Shown here: positions 60,185 to 64,000 of the stretch, one piece after another | Layout: each line of letters opens with the position of its first letter | Numbering within the stretch: the first letter of the stretch is position 1 | Assembly: GCA_001643675.2 (NCBI GenBank) | Contig: LSRY02000013.1 | Location: 806,001-870,000 of the forward strand | Length of the DNA stretch: 64,000 bases | From: Monocercomonoides exilis PA203 | Lineage: Eukaryota; Protista; Preaxostyla | Direction: 5' to 3' | Made by a program: the position numbers and the translations under genes | The notes under the pieces: generated by a model | The model's input: only the letters and a program-made list of their open reading frames with translations | Told to the model about the DNA's origin: nothing | The model's database searches: none

Positions 60185-61860
60185 TTATTTTCCTTCTTCA
60201 GCTTTTGCTTCAACTTTTGGCTGAGGTTTTGGTGGGCGCTCTCCTTTCTTCTTTTCTTTCTTGACAGTCACAGGCTTAGGTGGATGGAGGATTAACATGA
60301 CTTCCTGATGAAGTTTCTAAAGATATTCAAATAAGAAAAGAAGAAATTATCATTTAACAAAATTGCAAGCTTTGATGAAGAGAATGTTGAATACTTGTAA
60401 TTCTTCAGAGGCATCTGGACTGAAATGACGGTGAACTGGTTCGAGAAGGAAGTTTATTGCATCTGAGAAGAAAATCATTTGGTTATTAAAAAATTCACTG
60501 TTTGAGTAAACTTTAAACTTTTAGCACACCTGCAACTGATTCTTTCACAGCTCCCAAAGAAACACTGCCATCAGCCACAACTTCTTTTAATTCGCTCATT
60601 GTTTTCACATTTCTATGCAAATTTGATTGGAATACAAATTTTTTGAAGGAAAAATGAAAATATCGAAACGAATATTTCTATTAAAAACTTTTAACAGAAG
60701 TAATGCTTCAAACTTTTCACCAATCTTGAATTCACCAATAATCGGAATAATGAGATTGAATATCAAATCAATGACACCGCTTGGCTCTTCCAAATCAGGT
60801 GCCAAAAACGCTTTCTTCATCTTCTTCTTTATCTCATCCTAAAAGAAAATAAGAGTTAAATAAAAGTCTCATGCTCTCCTAATGTGACGCGAATGCAAAC
60901 AGTTGTTTCCTCAACAAAAATCGTTGATGCTGGAGTTTTCTTTGTCATAACTTCTTTCGGGTTTGACAATGAGAGAAGCATGTCTGCAAAAGAAAAAACA
61001 ATTTAATTTAAAAACATTGAAAATTAAAATGTTAATAACAGCTCAAAAAATAATAAATCAAACGTTGGTCGACGATGATAGGTTGCTTTATTCCTTTTTT
61101 CGTACAGTAAGTTTTTAATAGATCCGTTATTTGCTCCTGATCACGACCAATTTGAATAACGTCAGCCAGGCGTCGAGATGGGGCAGATTCTGTTGATGAA
61201 GCTGAAGCACTTGACGAACATGCGCAGTGAGTTTCTGTAAAGAACATATTTGCACAGGATAAACAGGGAGACATAATATGAGAAGCCAAAAGCGAATTCT
61301 CTTTTAAATTCTCCATTTGTTGAGAAACACTAACAATGATGAAGAAAACAAAAAGATTGTCTTTTTTAAAAAACTAAAAAAAAGTTCAAACGTTTTCAAT
61401 TTCACAGCTGTAAACACTTGGCTAAAGTCGATCATTTGTTCCCAGTAAATTGGATTTTCACCAACAGCTTCTTTCATCCAAACAATTTGAATATTTTCTC
61501 CAAAAGGAACTCCAAGTGCTTTCCAAACTTCAATGTAGTATTTTCCAATTGTTTGAATGGATTGAAGATTTCCAGTGTGTTTCTCTGATAAAAATGTCAA
61601 AAAATAAATTATTTGAAAATAAATAAGAACAGACTGTGCAAAAATGCAAGCCAATCTCCAATATAAAGGACTATTTTAAAGCCACATTGAACCAAAATTT
61701 TCATGATATGAGCCTTTAAAATCGCCTGAGGAAGGCTCATGCTTCCATTTGGTTCAACAATATCAAATACAATTTTGCTTTCCGAAGATGCAGCAAGTTT
61801 CTCCAGTTCAGATAACTCTGGAGAATCTCGAAAAAGTGTATGAAGGGAATTTGTTGCCAT
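60185..61860 (-). CDS. Tyrosyl-tRNA synthetase-like protein with degenerate catalytic motifs, multi-exon
   Basis: VFDIVEPNGSMSLPQAILKA, LYIGDWLAFL, IGKYYIEVWKALG, YWEQMID, SPCLSCANMFF, QIGRDQ, IKKKMKKAFLAP and AINFLLEPVHRHF align by eye to archaeal/protist-type TyrRS. Confidence 0.82.
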
Positions 61861-62033
61861 CAGAAAATGCAAATATGAAAAAATGATTTTCTTAATGATG
61901 TTGATGGGAAAGATCAGTTTTTAGTTGTATCATTTCAATTTTTGGTAAGAAATTGATTTTATCAATTATTTGCAGTTAAAGCAAAACTTAAAATAAATAA
62001 AAATAGAAAACTTTTAAGTTGTTTTGAATTATT

Positions 62034-64000
62034 TTATTCTTTCTCGCTCACTTCATCAAAAGAAGAAAGCAAAAGTGCCCACTCTCCATCAATCCCCATC
62101 ATTCTACGAGCAGCAGAGCTGCAACTTTTCCTCTCAAGTAGTCTGTTCAGCTTCTTTGCACTTTCTATTTTATCGACTCCCTGAGGCGGCTGTGTGATGT
62201 CATACGCCAGCTGAACAAAAGAATCTGCAGGCTCTTCAAATATCAGGCCATCAATTTCTGTGAAAAGAATAGAAGAAAAAGGGGTGGCATCAGAGTGAAA
62301 TGGAAATGTGGATAAATCTGACTGTTTGCTGCATTTGCCAGTCAGAAACAGCTCATTCGCCTCTTTCATAGCAAACGTGCCTGTTTTGATGTCGTACAGC
62401 TGCTGGTGGAGATCGCTCATTCCATTCAGAAGAGACTCATCTGGATGCACTTTGCCTGTTTCAGAGGGGAATGAATGAGAAGAAGGAGAGAGGGAAGATG
62501 AGGTGGTAGAGGAAGAAGAAGAGGAGGAGGAAGAAGATGATGGTGGAGGGGGTGGAGGTGGAGGTGGTGGAGGAGGTGGCGGTGGTGCTAATGATATTTC
62601 TGAAGAAGAAGAAGAAGATGATGATGATGATGATGTTTGAGTATGATTAAGATTTATTGTTTCTTTACTGACCAGATTAGAAGCGCTGTCTGGATTGAGT
62701 GCAGAGAAGGAGAAAAGCGACGAAAGTGCCTGCTCATCTGAGCCCGAAAGAGGGAACGTGAGTGTCAGAGGATTAATGCTGAAGTGGTTGAGCTCCGACA
62801 CCTTCGATCCTCCATCAAACGGCGGAGGAAGCGGAATCTTCTCTTTCTTCTCATTTTCTGTGCTTTCACTCACTCCCAGCGCATTCTCCTTTCCCAGCAG
62901 CGCCGCCGGCCCCGCAGCCAGCGCGCTCTGCCCGTACCACATCTGCCCCAGCATCGTCATGTGCTGCTGTAGCAGATAGCTCTGCACCGTCTGCATCGGA
63001 TCAGAAAACGTGTCTTCAGTCGCCGATGCCAATCCCATGTGCACTTTCTTCTGCTGCTCCAGCTGCTTCCGGATCTCTTCCTCCATCAGAAGCGCATTCA
63101 GCGGCATTTCCGTGGGCGGACGCTGCGGGTTCTGGCCCCATGCGATACGGACACGCTTAGAGCCTTTTCATATATAAACAAGGTTGTGAATTGTAAAATA
63201 ACATGGGGAGTAATTAAAAAATATTTTTTTATTTTTTGTTATTGGAGATATAAAATATCCATATTATTATAATAAAATTGATTAATTCATAAAGCAATCA
63301 AACCAAGCACCATCCCCACTGAGCTCTGGAGAGCCCTCTCTGCCTCGCTCCTCTGCATAAACATGACAAACGCGCAGTTCTTCGTCGGCGGCATCTTCAC
63401 ATGTGCAATGTGTCCATATTCAATAAACACCCTCCATATGTCTGTCTCTGTGATGGCTGGGTCGAGATTCCCCACAAACAGTGTCGTGTTGTCCGGGTCG
63501 TTCTGGTCGATCACTGCACCCGTACCCATCCCACCCCCGACACCTGGATCAGACACCGTGGGGCCGTATCCTCCTCCTGCCCCCACCATTCCCCCCATCG
63601 CTGTGCCATCAGGCGCTTTCTTCGAAGAGGCAGCTGTCCGCACTTTCATCGCCTGCCCAAAGCAGTACTGCCCGTTCATGTGTTCCAAAGCATGCTTGAA
63701 GTCCTCCTCGCTGGAAAAACGAACAAAACCATATTGCTTGCTTTTCCTTGATCCGGTTTCAACAATCACTTTTGCGCTTTTTACAGATGAGTAGTATTGC
63801 ATAAAAGTTTGCTTAAATTTTAAAATAAAAAATAAATGTTATAAAAATATAAGGAATTTCATACAAGAAGAATTGTATCTGTAACTTGAGGTGATAATTC
63901 CCCAACATACAGCGCAAAATCAATCTCTGATTTCGCTCTGAAGAAAGAATAAGATGAATAAACAATCTTTCTAAAAACAAAAATAAACGAAACCCAATGT
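62034..64000 (-). CDS. Multi-RRM RNA-binding protein (Nam8/Ngr1/RBP45-47 family), 3' part; runs off the right edge
   Basis: LYVGELSPQVTD, SVKSAKVI..KSKQYGFVRFS, DPDNTTLFVGNLD, KNCAFVMF and RVRIAWG. Introns 63812-63864 and 63164-63303 join it to ORF 62034-63107. Confidence 0.88.

Overview
AT-rich, intron-rich eukaryotic genomic DNA in the standard genetic code. Short GT-AG introns with GTTTG/GTATG donors, Ser-rich low-complexity proteins and a giant beta-helix/TM/pseudokinase gene suggest an oxymonad such as Monocercomonoides (inference). Left to right the window holds: the 5' part of Snu114/EFTUD2 (-); a 2665-aa intronless, bacterial-type receiver + PEP/pyruvate-binding (PPDK_N) protein (+); a ~2900-aa unknown low-complexity protein (-); DNA primase small subunit (-); a multi-exon SPRY-like gene (+); and tRNA-Arg(ACG) (-). 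An accessory/TE island (~25.9-40.2 kb) follows, with a stop-riddled gene relic, two intron-containing pogo/Fot-type DD35D transposases, a 252-bp MITE, degenerate terminal repeats and microsatellites. After it come a 4.1-kaa surface receptor-like pseudokinase (-), a TPR+SET protein (-), a second SPRY-like gene (-), a motif-degenerate TyrRS-like gene (-) and a partial Nam8/RBP45-like RRM gene (-). Best leads: the receiver-dikinase-like probable LGT gene, the pseudo-TyrRS, and a candidate TA-flanked cargo-carrying pogo element just upstream of the tRNA gene. All assignments are by eye from motifs; no searches were run.
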